From Rhina ancylostomus (Eukaryota), in NCBI GenBank assembly GCA_030265395.1, contig JARFYF010000065.1, positions 5,840,253 through 5,904,252 on the forward strand: 64,000 nucleotides of DNA. The letters run 5' to 3'. Each line of letters opens with the position of its first letter. The stretch's first letter is position 1. A program made the position numbers and the translations under genes. A model generated the notes under the pieces. That model was not told the origin of the DNA, did not search any database, and worked only from the letters and a program-made list of their open reading frames with translations. Shown piece by piece: positions 50,068-63,625 of this stretch.

Positions 50068-52131
50068 TATTTTCTGATAGAGCATCCTGGCTCAATATTT
50101 TATCCAATTCAGGACGAATTGTATAGCACTACCATACGTTTTCCATTCTTGATCAATAGCAATGCACATGCAGCTCACTCCACTTTTGGTACTTGGGCTC
50201 TAGTCTGGACTGGCAATTGTTGGGTCAGATTTTCTTTTACTCTCTGTCTTGTATGACAATAATGTGTTACCAAATGACACAGAGTACCACAAGATTTAAC
50301 ATAAAAGCTAGGATCATTTATAATCATTTGTCATTTATGAAATTAGTCATGTCCCAATAATACTAAATTTAAAGCAGTTGATGACAAAAAGGAAGATGCA
50401 ATTTGATAAGAGGAGGTAATGAGATTTGACAAAAAAGAGATTGAAGTCAATTAGAAACAAAATATGAAGATACATGTGGTATCATAATTATCTTTTAGCA
50501 TCATAGCAAGATCTCTGGACCGATGGACAAATTTAACAATAAATGAGTTTTCTAGGCTTTTAACCACAAAGCTGGGATGCATAGCCACATAGGAACAGAT
50601 TTTAGGCTCAAAAATAACAATCTAGCATTTGACAGATAACGATACTCTGTTTGAAGCACTACATACAATGTTGGTCTCCAATGATACAGGTGATGGAAGT
50701 ATAAAAAGAGGTTCAATGCTGATCCCAAAATCTAGAAGATCAGCATGTGAAGGATGATAGACATTGGAATCTCAATATTTGATATAATGAAAGGTTTGGA
50801 CAACTGTGATATTCAAAATTAAACTCTGGACAAATTAACATTTGAAAATGCAGGAATTATTTAAAACAATAGCAAGAATAAGAATGTACTCCTGGTATAG
50901 AAGGTGGATCAAAAAAACCCACAGTGGACTTGCAGAAATTCACAAGATTCATATCAATGAATGAGATTTAGGGCATTGGAAATGCATTGAGAGAAAACAG
51001 AAATGTGCAAGACAGATCAAAGATGCATCCAGCCCGATAATGTGTTTTCATAGAAGAAAGCAGGTCACCATTATCAGAAATCAGGACTTACCCTGATGCC
51101 ACTGCTAAGCACCCCAAAACAAATACTGAAAGCTTTGTAATTTTTAAAAAATCATCGCTAAGTTCAGAAAGGAAGCTGATCACATTTCTGAAAATTGTTT
51201 CAGATCTGAAACGACTACAACTCCAAAACTACTAAAAGAATTGCTGCAGAGAAATAAATTATACAATCCCATTAATTTCTGCGTGCAAATAATAATCAAT
51301 ACATTTGATATTTAGGTAACTGTTTCAAAAGGAACGATGCCCTTACATTATCAACTAACATTACACATACTCAACAGGTAGACCTCCAGTTCACCAAGAG
51401 AAATAGTACCACACTGCTTATGTATAAAAATTACCTCCTACAGTCCTTTTCAAGGGCACAAAATCCAATTTTACTCTAAAATTGGTTAATATGACAATTG
51501 AAATATATTTGCTGCTTGCATGCTAGGAGTGAAAGACAAAAGATCAGAAACACACTTCACATTATTTTGTATTATCAGTCTGTGGAAACACTAGAAGCAG
51601 CAATTTAAATGTTTGATACAGCATCTAGGGCTAAATAAACAATACGATCCTCAATTTAACAGTATGAATACACTAAAAAAGGAAATGCTCATTTTTACAT
51701 TTGTCAAAACCATAAAATCTGTCTTACAAGTTGTCCTTTAAGTTTAAAGGATATCCACGTGCTCATACCCTGGGTTTAATAAGTGATCTTTAGTTGATTT
51801 AATACTAAATTCAGGTACTGGAAATTAGTATTGCTCAGTATTACCTATTCTCCAAACAATAGTAACGAGTACACAGAGTTCTGCCTTTCAACAATGGGAT
51901 TAAAAACAGCTAAAGGCTGCCATTGCATTTTTAATGCTGCCCTCATACGCAAAGCATCTCAACAAAATCACATTGGCTCACTTCAGCATAAAAAAAAATT
52001 AAAATTCCTATCCTAATCCTTAAAAAAAAAGGACCACTTGCCTGTAATAATAAAACAATTAAAAATTTCCATTCCCTCATTCTTCCTAATCATTACTGCT
52101 TAAAATAAAAGTATTAAAAAAAGGTACTTAC

Positions 52132-52609
52132 GCCTCTGATTCGAATCCTGTCTCTCCTTCGCTGTCTGCCACCTCCTAATGGTCTTCCCGATCCCTGAAC
52201 TCTGAACAGGTCCATGGGGATAATGTTTGGGGAGAAGAGCGAAGGGAGGTTCCTGGTGGAGGAGGCGGTGGCGGCGTTGTGGCCCCTGCCTCCCATCGAC
52301 AGCTCATTCCAGCGTGCAGACATTCGCCCGGAACTTGCAGGTGACATGTAGGGGTCGTTCCGATTGGGTCTGTTATATGGCCGGTCTCTAGACCAGTTCT
52401 GGCCCCACTGGTTAGTAGGGCCGTATGGGTCACGTGCTCTGTTCTGGAACTGATCTTTGCGGGTCCCGTAGGAGCTGTCGTAGTGGTCATAGCGACCTCC
52501 ATAGGAATCGTTATAATCGGGCCCATATTCACTGTAACCGTAGCCAGATCTGTACAGATCACGGTCATTCAGTGAAGACCCGGAGTCGTAGGACTCGTAA
52601 GGTGTAAAC
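52132..52609 (-). CDS. AKAP8L: AKAP8L-family large YG/RG-rich exon (FTPYESYDS...DRDLYRSGY...LPSLFSPNIIP...RIRG)
   Basis: ctttcag|G ... GGC|gtaagt, 478 nt, phase 2-0. RDLYRSGY and LPSLFSxNIIP match AKAP8L. Confidence 0.92.
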
Positions 52610-54898
52610 CTGAAAGAGTCGCACAGTAAGCAAGGAATCTGGTCAGTAGCTGGAAAGCATGATGGCACAAGTCTGCCAAGTTGTGACAGCAGACTAAAAA
52701 CTAAACAACAGTTTCGGCTAATCACAGAACATATGTGATTTGCAATAATAAGCACTGGTTGAAATGGCCAGCCTTTAACAAATACTTCTAATGCAATTAC
52801 TAAACTAGAGCAAATGGGACTCTGCAAAGTTTAACTACAAAATTCCTTTTGTTTTTGATGCAAGTTCTCTAGTTTTGTTTTGGCAGTGCAGTCAGATGTG
52901 TATACACTGCCACTTATTAGCATGTTGCAATACAATTAACAGCAGAATGGAAAAATCCACCATTCTTTGGATTTTAGCCATTTTAAAGTTATATGCCATG
53001 GGTAGGCAATGGTCAGGAAGCTGGGGGATGGTGGGAGGTATGAGGAATAGAGCGGAGGAAGGCATTACAGAAGCTATGTACTCAATGGCAACCTTAAAAT
53101 GACAAAACAAAATTTTGGCTTCAATATTCCTACATTGGGCATTACCTTTTAAGAACCAGATCTCATCCTTGAAGTCAGCAGAAACGATGGGGATTTTTCC
53201 ACCATGCTACATATTCTATGCCACCAAGTACAAATATTACTTCAGATACCCTACTAAAGCACCATTTACATTGCCAATCTGAAACAAATTCAAATCCAGT
53301 TTCACAGGAAGCTTAAAGTGCAATTCATTTCCCTATTTTAAATGCATTATGTTTCTAAATGCATGTGATATAATGAATTCAGAACAATAGACAGAAGTGG
53401 TGTGTAGAGTATAAGCAAGGCTGGACTTCCATCAGTAACTGATCCGATTGTGAAAATGGGGCTGAAGCTACACCAGGTTCTTTAAGCACATGCAGTACAA
53501 GTAAATTGTGGTGTGCACAGCATCAACCTTTCAAACATTTAAGTGGCTTCACCCCATTATATGCCATGGGACAAGTTTCTAATTTCAAATTTCAGTCAAA
53601 TCCAGTATGGGTAAGGAGGAGCCAGATTTGTCCAAAATCTGGGGAAACTATCACCCTACCCTAATTATCAGCGATACCACAAAGAAAATGTTGAATTCAA
53701 GCAGTTGTGTCTCCACAAAATGATATTTGGCAACTTGGCAAGACAGTACTCCTATCAAATATTTCTTAACATTCCTTAAGACAAATCAGCCTTTTTTGGC
53801 AAAGTTTCACTTAGTTTTTCCAAAATTGAAGTATTTGGCTGAGATGTATTAAAGATCTATAGTCATGAAGCACATTGAAAATGGTTTACACGTACTGGCA
53901 AGAATGCCAAAAAACATAGAAGGCTTTCCTATATGTGAACTGACGTGGGCGAGTGTGCCCATCAAGCTAATCAATTAGATTGTGAAACATCTACATCATA
54001 ACTTCATCTACTTGCCTGGGTTCCATTACTCTCAACATACTTGCCTAAGAAAACCACTGCTATTTAAAAACAAAATGAACCTATCCCATTTTCCTGATGC
54101 TCAACAACACTTTTGTTTCTCCAACTACCTTCTGAATTTCAAGACATAGGCTTCACCCAACTGTATTTGTCCTCCTTTCAATTCATTTAAGGCACCCCAT
54201 ATTACAAGACTTTGCCTTGTATTTCAAAAAATTCTAAACACAAAGTTGATGGTCATGCAAGTATTGTGGAAAGTAGCAACTTTAATAATTAAAATTTATA
54301 GGATGTATTGTTCAAAAGCAATCTAGTTATTCATTTTGAAAATAAAGTGAGAGCAATTTACTAATTCAGATAATGAATCATCAATTCTCTCAGAACAGAA
54401 ATCTGATATTAGTCCACAGTTAAAAATATTGATCTTAAATATCAAAATACCAGCAAAACTTTAATTCTACTGAATCAAAAACCGCCCATTCAAAATGTTC
54501 ATGGAATGATCAAAGATTCAACAGAAGCTTATTTAAGTCAAACACCTATTATTCCAAAAGCAAACTGTAATTCTCTATTTGTTCCTAGCAATGAACTTCT
54601 TACAACTGCCAAAAGTCTTCCATATCAAATGACCCATGTGTCACACTGAAAATATAACCAGCATATAAGAGGCAATTGATAGGTGAACGGTAGATTTTAA
54701 ACACAGCAAATATTCTAATCATGAAAATACATTCTTTTTCCAGCATTTAGAAGTTTGCTATTAAATATTTTGATTTTCTTTTTAACCAACGGTAACTCTC
54801 CAACAAAAATACACTTAGAAAATGATTTCTTGTGAGTGCAATGCCTTTAAAAAGAATTTGTAAATTACATTACTCTTCCTGTTTGCTCCAGCAAATAC

Positions 54899-55103
54899 CT
54901 GTTGTCCTGGTAAGTGTCTTGCATCTGATTTTCAGTCTCTAACTGAGAAAGCATATCCAGGCGCTTGTTGATTTTAGCAATGATGGTGTCTGTGGCTGAA
55001 TTTTTGGGAAGTTCCCAGGACTTGTTGCCAGCATTATAGCCATAATTTGTTGCAGTGCTGGGTATATTATCTTGGGTATAACTGTAATCATAGCCATCAT
55101 ATT
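54899..55103 (-). CDS. AKAP8L: AKAP8L-family exon (EYDGYDYSYTQDN...TNYGY...IIAKINKRLDMLSQLET)
   Basis: atttcag|AA ... AG|gtattt, 205 nt, phase 1-2. KINxRLDM motif. Confidence 0.92.
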
Positions 55104-55374
55104 CTGAAATTGAAATAAAACATTTTTTGAGAGATGTACAAGCTTTAGATTTAAAGACTCTCTCCAAAATTTAAACATTTGTCCTGAAGCATCAGAATTT
55201 TGAAATATATACCCATTTCCCCCAATTATATTGAATTATCATTCAAGCATCTTAACTTTTACTAATTTTCACAATATACTAACGGTTCATACACTAAATC
55301 CCTAATGGCTCAGAATAGAATACATTTGATTCTTCTTAACGTAATGGCAAATTTAATGCAATAACAGAGTAAAC

Positions 55375-56110
55375 ACAAGAACATTAGTAGTAGGACATTC
55401 AGCCATCATGTCTGCCCTCAATTCTGATCTTTTACCTCAATGCCACTTTCCTACACTCATACCACATTCCCTCAATTACCTTAATATCCAAAGATTTATC
55501 ACTTCTACACTGGATATACTCAGCAAATGAGCATTCATAACCCTTGTGGGTATCAGAAGCTTCACTATCCTGAGTAAAGAAATTTCTTCATATCTCAATC
55601 CTAAGTGGCTAACTTCCAGACTGCGATATTCTAAGCACCCCAGCCAGGGACAACGTCACAACTGACCTACTCTGACAAATCCTGTACCAGTTTTGTATGT
55701 CACCTCTCATTTCTCTAAAACTCAGGAGAACGTAGGCCCAGTCTGCCTAATCTGTTATAGAATATCTGCCCCCAACCCCCAATATTCCATGACTCAATCT
55801 GGTGAACTTTCAATGCACTCCCTCCATCACATGTATCATCCTTTAGATAGGGAGACCAGGTCTGTGGTCAGTATACCAGGTTCATTTTCACCAGGACCCT
55901 AAATAATTCCAGTAATATGATGTTACTCAAATCCTTGAAGAACAATAGACTGCATCTTCCTAACTCTTTGCTGTAACTTCACATTAACTACCAGTCATTC
56001 ACATACAATGACACCCAGGTCCTTCTGAACACCAATACCAACTTCTGCTCATATTCTCTTACAATTTGTCAGTTTACAACCTCAATTTTTTCATCCTTCT
56101 ATCATAGTGG
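55375..56110 (-). mobile_element. Old CR1-type LINE fragment
   Basis: Reverse-complement CR1 tail (aacacaagaacattagtagtagg...) plus degenerate RT-end sequence. Confidence 0.55.
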
Positions 56111-56129
56111 ATGATCTTACATTTTCCCA

Positions 56130-56475
56130 TATTATAATTCTAGAGCGATGCAGCACAGATGAAGTCCCTTCAGCCTACAGGAATCATGCCAACTATCAAT
56201 CACCCATTTTTACACCACTCTTCACACTAACTCATTTTATTGTCCCCACATTCCCAACAATTCCACCCCAGATTCTACTGCTCATGTACACAGTAGGGTC
56301 AATTTATAGCAGCCCATTAACCTATCAACCCACATTTTTGGAACATAGCATGAAACCAATGTGGTTATGGGGAGAATACACAAACGCCACAGTGATGGCA
56401 CCGTGAATCAGGATCGAAGCAGGGTCACTGGAGATGCGAGGCTACAGCTCTGCTAGCTGCACAACAGTGCCACCT
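56130..56475 (-). mobile_element. HE1-like SINE
   Basis: Reverse complement begins ggtggcactgttgtgcagctagcagagctgtagcctcgcatctccagtgaccctgcttcgatcctga, a tRNA-like head with boxes A and B. Confidence 0.65.
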
Positions 56476-57139
56476 ACTTGCCATTTTCTCAGTCANNNNN
56501 NNNNNNNNNNNNNNNNNNNNNNNNNNNNNNNNNNNNNNNNNNNNNNNCACCCTGCTTTGGAGCATCAACAAGCTTAAGGTATAGCTCCCTTAATCTACAT
56601 CTAAATTGTAAACAGCTGGAGCCCCCAACATCAGTCCATATGACAATGCATTAATCACAGCCTACCAACATACTTATTCCCACTATTTTTTTTGTCTAAT
56701 TTTCAATCCATATCATTTTACTACACCCATTTCCCCCCCTCCCAGTCCAAATGCACCACATTCAATGCATAGCCCTCACATCCATTCTGCTAGTCACAAT
56801 CTCAAAGAACCCTCAATAAATTTGTCAAGCAGGGACTTCCCGTTCATAAATCCACAATGACTGCCCAAATCAAACTGGTCTACTATCTTTGCAGTACCAA
56901 TATCACATGTGTATCCTTCTTTAGATAGGAAGACTAGTTCTGTGCACAGTATGCCGGGTGCAGGTTCCACAAAGAGCCTATATAATTTATTTTAATAATA
57001 GACCATCACTTTTCTGCTAGTTTAGAGCTTTCTCTGCTTCTAATATCAGAGTATAGCAATCATGATACTGATATCACTACTAGCTAGCACTGCAAATGTA
57101 TAGGTCTGCATGAAATTATTATACTTGCTCAATACCTGC

Positions 57140-57625
57140 TACTGCAATTCAAATAAACAGAAATGTAACAAGCTGCAGAAAGTAGTGGACTCAACCCAAT
57201 ACATCACTTGCACATCCCTCCCCACCACCGGAAGTATCTACATGAACATCTGAAGGCAAAATCTATCATCAAAGATCCTCACCATCCAGGCCAGGCCATG
57301 CCATATTCTTGCAGTTACCATCAGGCAGGAGGTACAGAAGCTTGAAGTCCCACACCACCAGGTTCAAGTGCAGCTACTTCCCTTCAACCATTCTGTTCTT
57401 CAACCAACCTTCATAACCCTAACCACTACCACAGTATACCAACACTAGGACCACTTTGCACTACAATGGACTTGGTTTTCTTTTGTTCTAATTGTGTTCT
57501 TTCTTGTATGATGTTTATGTTTTTTCTTGTGTACTGATGCAATAAGACTGATGTTGCTGCAAGTTAAGTTTTTCATTGCACCCATCCATGTACTTGTGCA
57601 CATGACAATAAACCAGACTTTGACT
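57140..57625 (+). mobile_element. Rex1/Babar LINE 3' fragment
   Basis: Aligns by eye with 49180-49660. Confidence 0.75.
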
Positions 57626-58606
57626 TAATCATATAAACCTGCTTTGCTATTCAATAAAATCAGGGCAACTCCAATTTTGATCTCAACACTACCTTCCTAC
57701 TATCCCCTCATATCCCTCTACTCCCCAGTGGATTAAAGGTCTGTTAATCTCTAGAGGTCTTTGGAAAAGAAAGTTCCAAAGATGCACAACCCTCAGAAGA
57801 AATTGCATAAATTGATGACCCTTATTCTGAAGCTATATTTAGATACTCCACCAAGGGGAACCACCCTCTTAGCATCCACTCTTTCAATCACCCACAGGAT
57901 CTTGTAAGTTTCTATATCTCTTCACACTCTTCTAAAGGACCGTGAACGTTGGCCTGACCTGCTCAAGCTTTCTATGTACTTTGAACCCTTCTTCCTACAA
58001 ACCTAGTTGAATTCTTTCCACAATTTCAATGCCAGCACATTGTTCCTTAAATATGGAGACTGTACACAGTATCCCACATGCTTCTACACTCCATCCCCCT
58101 TGCAAGGCCAACATTCCATTAACCTTCCCAACTACTTGCTGTACCTTACTTTCTGTGTTTCATATATTAGGACCCTTATATCCTTTTGCAGCACAACATT
58201 CTGTAGTATTACTGTTTAAATAATTTCTTTCTTCCAAAGTGAATAATCTCATTATCTTTTCACACCTAATACTCCACCTGTCCACTTCTTGCCCACTCAC
58301 TTAAATCCACCTACATCCCTTTGCAGGTTGCAATTGTCTTAGAACTTGTTAATACACCTAATTTTGTATCAGTAGCAAATTTGGCTACAGTACAGTACAC
58401 AACGCAACGTCAATGTATTCAATACATTTTGACTATATCCCTAGGTCAATCCAATAGAACTGCTAATAAGCAGTAGAAGCACAGTATGTCTTCTTAAGCA
58501 CTTTACAACACAATATGCATTCATGAGTCAACGGGAAATCAAAACTATCAACACAGTACAAATACAGGTCACCCATTTTAAGTCCTACAAGATACATCCA
58601 ACTTAC

Positions 58607-58654
58607 CTTGTGAATTGGTGGCTCCAGTGTTCCAAGAATCACCTGTTCCATAGC
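58607..58654 (-). CDS. AKAP8L: AKAP8L-family N-terminal small exon GYGTGDSWNTGATNSQ; first exon(s) lie beyond the window
   Basis: ttttag|GC ... CAAG|gtaagt, 48 nt, phase 1-1. Resembles the GYG..W...TN/TQ N-terminal exon of the family. Confidence 0.8.
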
Positions 58655-59749
58655 CTAAAATAAAATACAACCAAGAACATTTAAATAATGTCAATATTAC
58701 AATATTTGAGAACTGTGAATAATCTATGATGCATACTAGTTGATAAAATGTTAATTCAAAATAGATTGTGATTTCCATTCTAGCTCTATTGTCAACTGCA
58801 CACTGATCTTCCCATTTATCTGTTCCTTCTTTACATCCAGTGCTACAGAAAATTTAATTATCTAATTAGTCATTATACAATCATATCCAGGTAATCATCA
58901 ACTCAAACTCATTTGTTAGAATCTATGGCATGACTTTTTATATTATGAATACTTTGTCCATTCAGATACATAATAATTTTACCCTTCTCCATTTATTCTT
59001 AGTCTAACTAAAGACTCTAAAGTCGCCTACATTTTCGCTCTCTACTTTCTTAAATAGCAATGCTATATTTGGTTCTTCAAATCTGCTGGAACTGTTCCAG
59101 CAGCACAGAATTTCAAAAACCCCTCACTAACTGCATTTTTTAGTTCCTACAGCCATGACTTTTGGAACCCTGGAATGCAGACCATCAGGTCCAGGGATAT
59201 GCCTGGTTTTAGTTCTATTAACAGATATCATTAACCATTCTCCTCATGGTCATGGCCCACTGGTTCCCCCCATTTCTGCCATGTGCATCTTCTGGAGTGA
59301 AGACAAACACAAAACCTATTTCTTGCCTCCCCATTATAATATCTTCTACCATTGCCTCATGGAACCAAAATTTAATTTCACTACTTTTTACATGAAGATA
59401 GAAGCCCTTTCATTTTCTTTACATTTCTGTGCACTTCATCTTTTCATTAATGGCTGCTACTTCAGGTCAAAATAAACATCTCCTTAAGATCATCTATAAC
59501 ATAATTTCCTCAACAAAACTGTAGACTAACAAGTTTGCAATTTATTCAAAAGCTTGTTATTTCTCCAAGGACAAAAACCTTTTTAATCTAATTTCTCCAA
59601 CCACCTTAAAAAAAAAGTACCCCTTTTCCTTCATAATTAACTTTATTTAATTTATAGACAGTATTTCTTAACTGATTGGGATTTTCTTGATGACAAAATT
59701 ATGACATATCATCATGATTTTTCCCTAGAGGATCCTTACTATTACAATC

Positions 59750-59921
59750 AGGAGAAGTAGAATCAGTGTGGATAGAACTGAGGAACTGTAGGGGGAAAAA
59801 GACCCTAATGGGTATTATCTACAGGCCTCCGAACGGTGGCGTGAATATTGGGTGCAAGCTGAATAGTGAGTTAATGTTGGCATGTGGCAAGGGTAATGTC
59901 ACAGTAGTTATGGGGGATTTC
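59750..59921 (+). mobile_element. CR1 APE endonuclease fragment truncated by a gap
   Basis: ESVWIELRN..GKKTLMGIIYRPPN...VVMGDF. Confidence 0.85.
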
Positions 59922-61449
59922 NNNNNNNNNNNNNNNNNNNNNNNNNNNNNNNNNNNNNNNNNNNNNNNNNNNNNNNNNNNNNNNNNNNNNNNNNNNNNNN
60001 NNNNNNNNNNNNNNNNNNNNNNNNNNNNNNNNNNNNNNNNNNNNNNNNNNNNNNNNNNNNNNNNNNNNNNNNNNNNNNNNNNNNNNNNNNNNNNNNNNNN
60101 NNNNNNNNNNNNNNNNNNNNNNNNNNNNNNNNNNNNNNNNNNNNNNNNNNNNNNNNNNNNNNNNNNNNNNNNNNNNNNNNNNNNNNNNNNNNNNNNNNNN
60201 NNNNNNNNNNNNNNNNNNNNNNNNNNNNNNNNNNNNNNNNNNNNNNNNNNNNNNNNNNNNNNNNNNNNNNNNNNNNNNNNNNNNNNNNNNNNNNNNNNNN
60301 NNNNNNNNNNNNNNNNNNNNNNNNNNNNNNNNNNNNNNNNNNNNNNNNNNNNNNNNNNNNNNNNNNNNNNNNNCTCTCTTAGCTTATCCTTTCTCTTTAA
60401 ATCAGTAAGATTTCCCTCAACTGAACACTGTCACTACTGTTTCCCACTCCACAGCTTAAAACCTCATCTAAAGCTCCATTACCCTTTGGTAACTGTTCTC
60501 AGCCATCCCAACAGAAAAGCTGTCTCTTGCCCCAATGCTACTACCAGTATTCCATGAATAGAAACTCTTTTTGCCCACACTACCTTGCACACATCCTGTG
60601 TTTAGCTGTCTGACGTGTTCAAATCTATGTCAATTTATGCATAACTGAGGTGATAATCCTAAGATCAATACCCACTGAATTCTCTGTTTAAATATGCTTC
60701 CTAGTCCCTCATGTTTTAGCAGACACACATTCCTAATTTTACCACGTCAATGGTTCCAACATAGACTTAAAAACTGTATCCTCCCTTTCCCACTCAAAGT
60801 TCTTTTTCAAGCCTGAGAAGATTGATGAATCCCTAGCATCAAGCAAGTATTCAGCCTTTGAGATCACCCCTCCCACACACCAAAGTCTTGGATGCAGAGA
60901 ATAGTGCTCACCTCCCTGACTATACCATACTTACTACTACACTCTTGTGCAATGGTCACATTCCCCATCCTTTCTCATCTTTGTTCACATTTGCATAGGC
61001 AACAAGCACCAGTGAACAAAGTTAATTGCTCAGATTTGCACATTTTCACATGCTAGGTTCCCATAACCATTTAATTAACCAGCCAACCCATACATTTCTG
61101 GGACGTGGGAGGAAACCAGAGCATCCAGGTGAAATCTGTGCTGCCAAAATTCAAGTCATTATGCAACCCATGGGACATGACTGGATCTGTATCAAATGGT
61201 CCAATGCACCCTTTCACTCTTATTGATGCTCGCAATGACTGAAGCTTGAACTCAGGCTTAACATCACTAGACCAAAGTTCCTCAAATTGTTCAGAATTAC
61301 TATTATAGCTTTACAGCATCTCTTATTGGTAACACAAATTTCTATATGTGCAACACATCACCCATATAATGTTTGTATTAACTAGGTAAACTTGCTATCC
61401 ACCAGATGTCTTTTTAACTGGTTTATCTACTAAAACTTAGTTATACCAA

Positions 61450-61905
61450 AATTTGACAAGGTCCCACATAATCAGTTAATCAAGAAAGTTCAGATGCATG
61501 GGGTCAGTGGAGAATTAGCTGTGTGGATCCAGAATTGGCTTGCCTGCAGAAGACAAAGGGCAGTGGTTGAAGAGACTTATTTGGGGTGGAGGCTAGTGGG
61601 TAGTGGTGTTCTGCAGGTATCTGTGCTGGGACATCTGCTGTTTGTGATGTACATAAACAACCAGGATGAGTATATTGATGGATGGGTAAGTACGTTTGCA
61701 GACTATACCAAGATTGGCAGAGTAGTGAATAGTGTGAAAGACTGGCAACGGATACAGCGTGATATAGATCAGCTGCAGATGTGGGCAGAGAAATAGCAGG
61801 TGGAGTTTAACCCAGATAAATGTGAGGTGATGCGCCTTGGTAGGACTAATATCAAGAGAGAGTACACTCTTAAGGGCAAGACCCTTAACAGTGTTGAAGA
61901 GCAGA
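61450..61905 (+). mobile_element. CR1 RT fragment
   Basis: FDKVPH, WIQNWL..RRQR, SGVLQVSVLG, FADYTK, MEFNPDKCEV. Confidence 0.88.
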
Positions 61906-62819
61906 NNNNNNNNNNNNNNNNNNNNNNNNNNNNNNNNNNNNNNNNNNNNNNNNNNNNNNNNNNNNNNNNNNNNNNNNNNNNNNNNNNNNNNNNNNNNNNN
62001 NNNNNGTTTCTACAAAGGACAGAACTCTCTCTCTCCCTCCCCACTTTCAATAATTGTTCTTTCTATCAGTCTTATGTGCTTTTGATACCACTCATTACAA
62101 TACTCTGGAGGTATAGCTACCACAGAGTGATTTCTGAGTATTTTCCGATTTATGGACACAACCAACTTATGGACACCTGTAAAATTGAAACCTGTTCATT
62201 ACCCCGAGGTGACCTGTACTGTGCAGTTACAGAAGGAACCCTGAACACTACAGCATTAATGTGAATGCAATCCGAATCTGGAACACACCTCAAGGAAATA
62301 GTCAATACAACAGTTGCTAGGAGACCGTAAAGGACAGCAGTTATGAAAGATCAAAATATGAATGCCACAATTTGCCAATGGGTTTAATAATTCCTCTGAA
62401 GTTTCCAAGGGGACACAATATCTTTTAAGTGAAAAGCACAAGACTAATTACCCTACACATTTTTTCTGGCTCTGAAACTGATATCCTGCCTCCCTTCAAG
62501 ATACTAATGCCATGGTCCAGACACGATGTTTTATGTAGACAGTGGCAATGAGATACTTGACCATAGGTTGAATATCAGAACTATTTTCCTTCCCAGCCCA
62601 GACTTGCCTAATTTACCACATTTAAATGCCCTCAGTTGTTGTAGGATTTGAATTCATGTTACTAGACCGCAAGTCCAGCCTTCAAGATTGCAAGGCCTGC
62701 AAGCTAACATTTTTCCCAGTCCAATGGGGATACATAACTCAATGCACAGGAATGTAAACGGATTCATGACTCATTCCCACATGGATCCATTGTACCACAT
62801 CAAGGGACAGAGAAAGAGC

Positions 62820-63110
62820 TTCCCTTTTGCTGCCCCCTCTCACGACCACAGCTTATCCCAAAGCAGTTTACAGCCGATAAAGTACTTGAGGTTTAGTCAC
62901 GATTGTGACATAGGAGAAACAGGATATAATGTGTCCAGGAATTCCCATAAAGAGCAGTAATATACAGACCAGACAATCTGCTTCAGCTATGGTGGTTGAC
63001 AGACCTCTGGCAGAGCTCTTTGATATTGAGCTGTGGGATCTTTTACACCCACTCAGAAGGATACAGGGCCAAGACTTAGCATTGCATCCAACAGACAGCA
63101 ACTCCGCAGA
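62820..63110 (-). mobile_element. DeuSINE (SacSINE1/AmnSINE-like) remnant
   Basis: cccaaagcagtttacagccgataaagtact and gggatcttttacacccactcagaagg...catccaacagacagca resemble the reverse complement of the Deu-domain SINE consensus as I recall it. Confidence 0.55.
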
Positions 63111-63124
63111 GTGCCTCAGCTAGG

Positions 63125-63440
63125 GCAGACAGCAAGAAACCTCTCCCCATGGTAGAGGTGTCCAAGACCAGTGGGGACAGGTTTAAGGCAAGGAGTAAGA
63201 GGGTTAGAGGGGGCTTAAGGAAGAATGTTTTACAACAGGGGGGTGGTTACAACTGGAACATATGGCCTGAGTGGATGAGGAGGGAGTTAAGGCAGGTGTT
63301 CCCACAACATTTAAGCAGCATCTTGAATTGCTGAGGGTTAGAAAGCCATTGACTGAGTGCTGGTAAACTGGATTAGTGTAGGTGGGGATTTGATGGTAAG
63401 CAGGAACATGGTGGGCCGAAGGGCCTGTTTCTGTTCTGCA
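63125..63440 (+). mobile_element. CR1 3' end
   Basis: ccagtggggacaggtttaagg...gggccgaagggcctgtttctg tail. Confidence 0.7.
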
Positions 63441-63464
63441 TGGCTGAGCACTGCACTGGCGTTA

Positions 63465-63625
63465 CACCCCTCCCGCTTTCTACCTACCTCCTCCCCACTC
63501 CACCCTACCCATCCCCCTCCTCCCTCCCCTCTCCCTGTCCCCCACCACCCTCCCCACCCACATCCAATCTCTCCATTTTCTTTACTCACACTCTACCCTT
63601 TCCTTCCCTTCCACATTTCTTTCTC
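63465..63625 (+). repeat. C/T-rich low-complexity tract (G-quadruplex-prone on the minus strand)
   Basis: Numerous CCC/CCCC runs. Confidence 0.6.

Noticed and set aside
59766-60557. 263-aa ORF
   Set aside because: Artefact of reading through Ns; only the first ~52 aa are real and are CR1 endonuclease.
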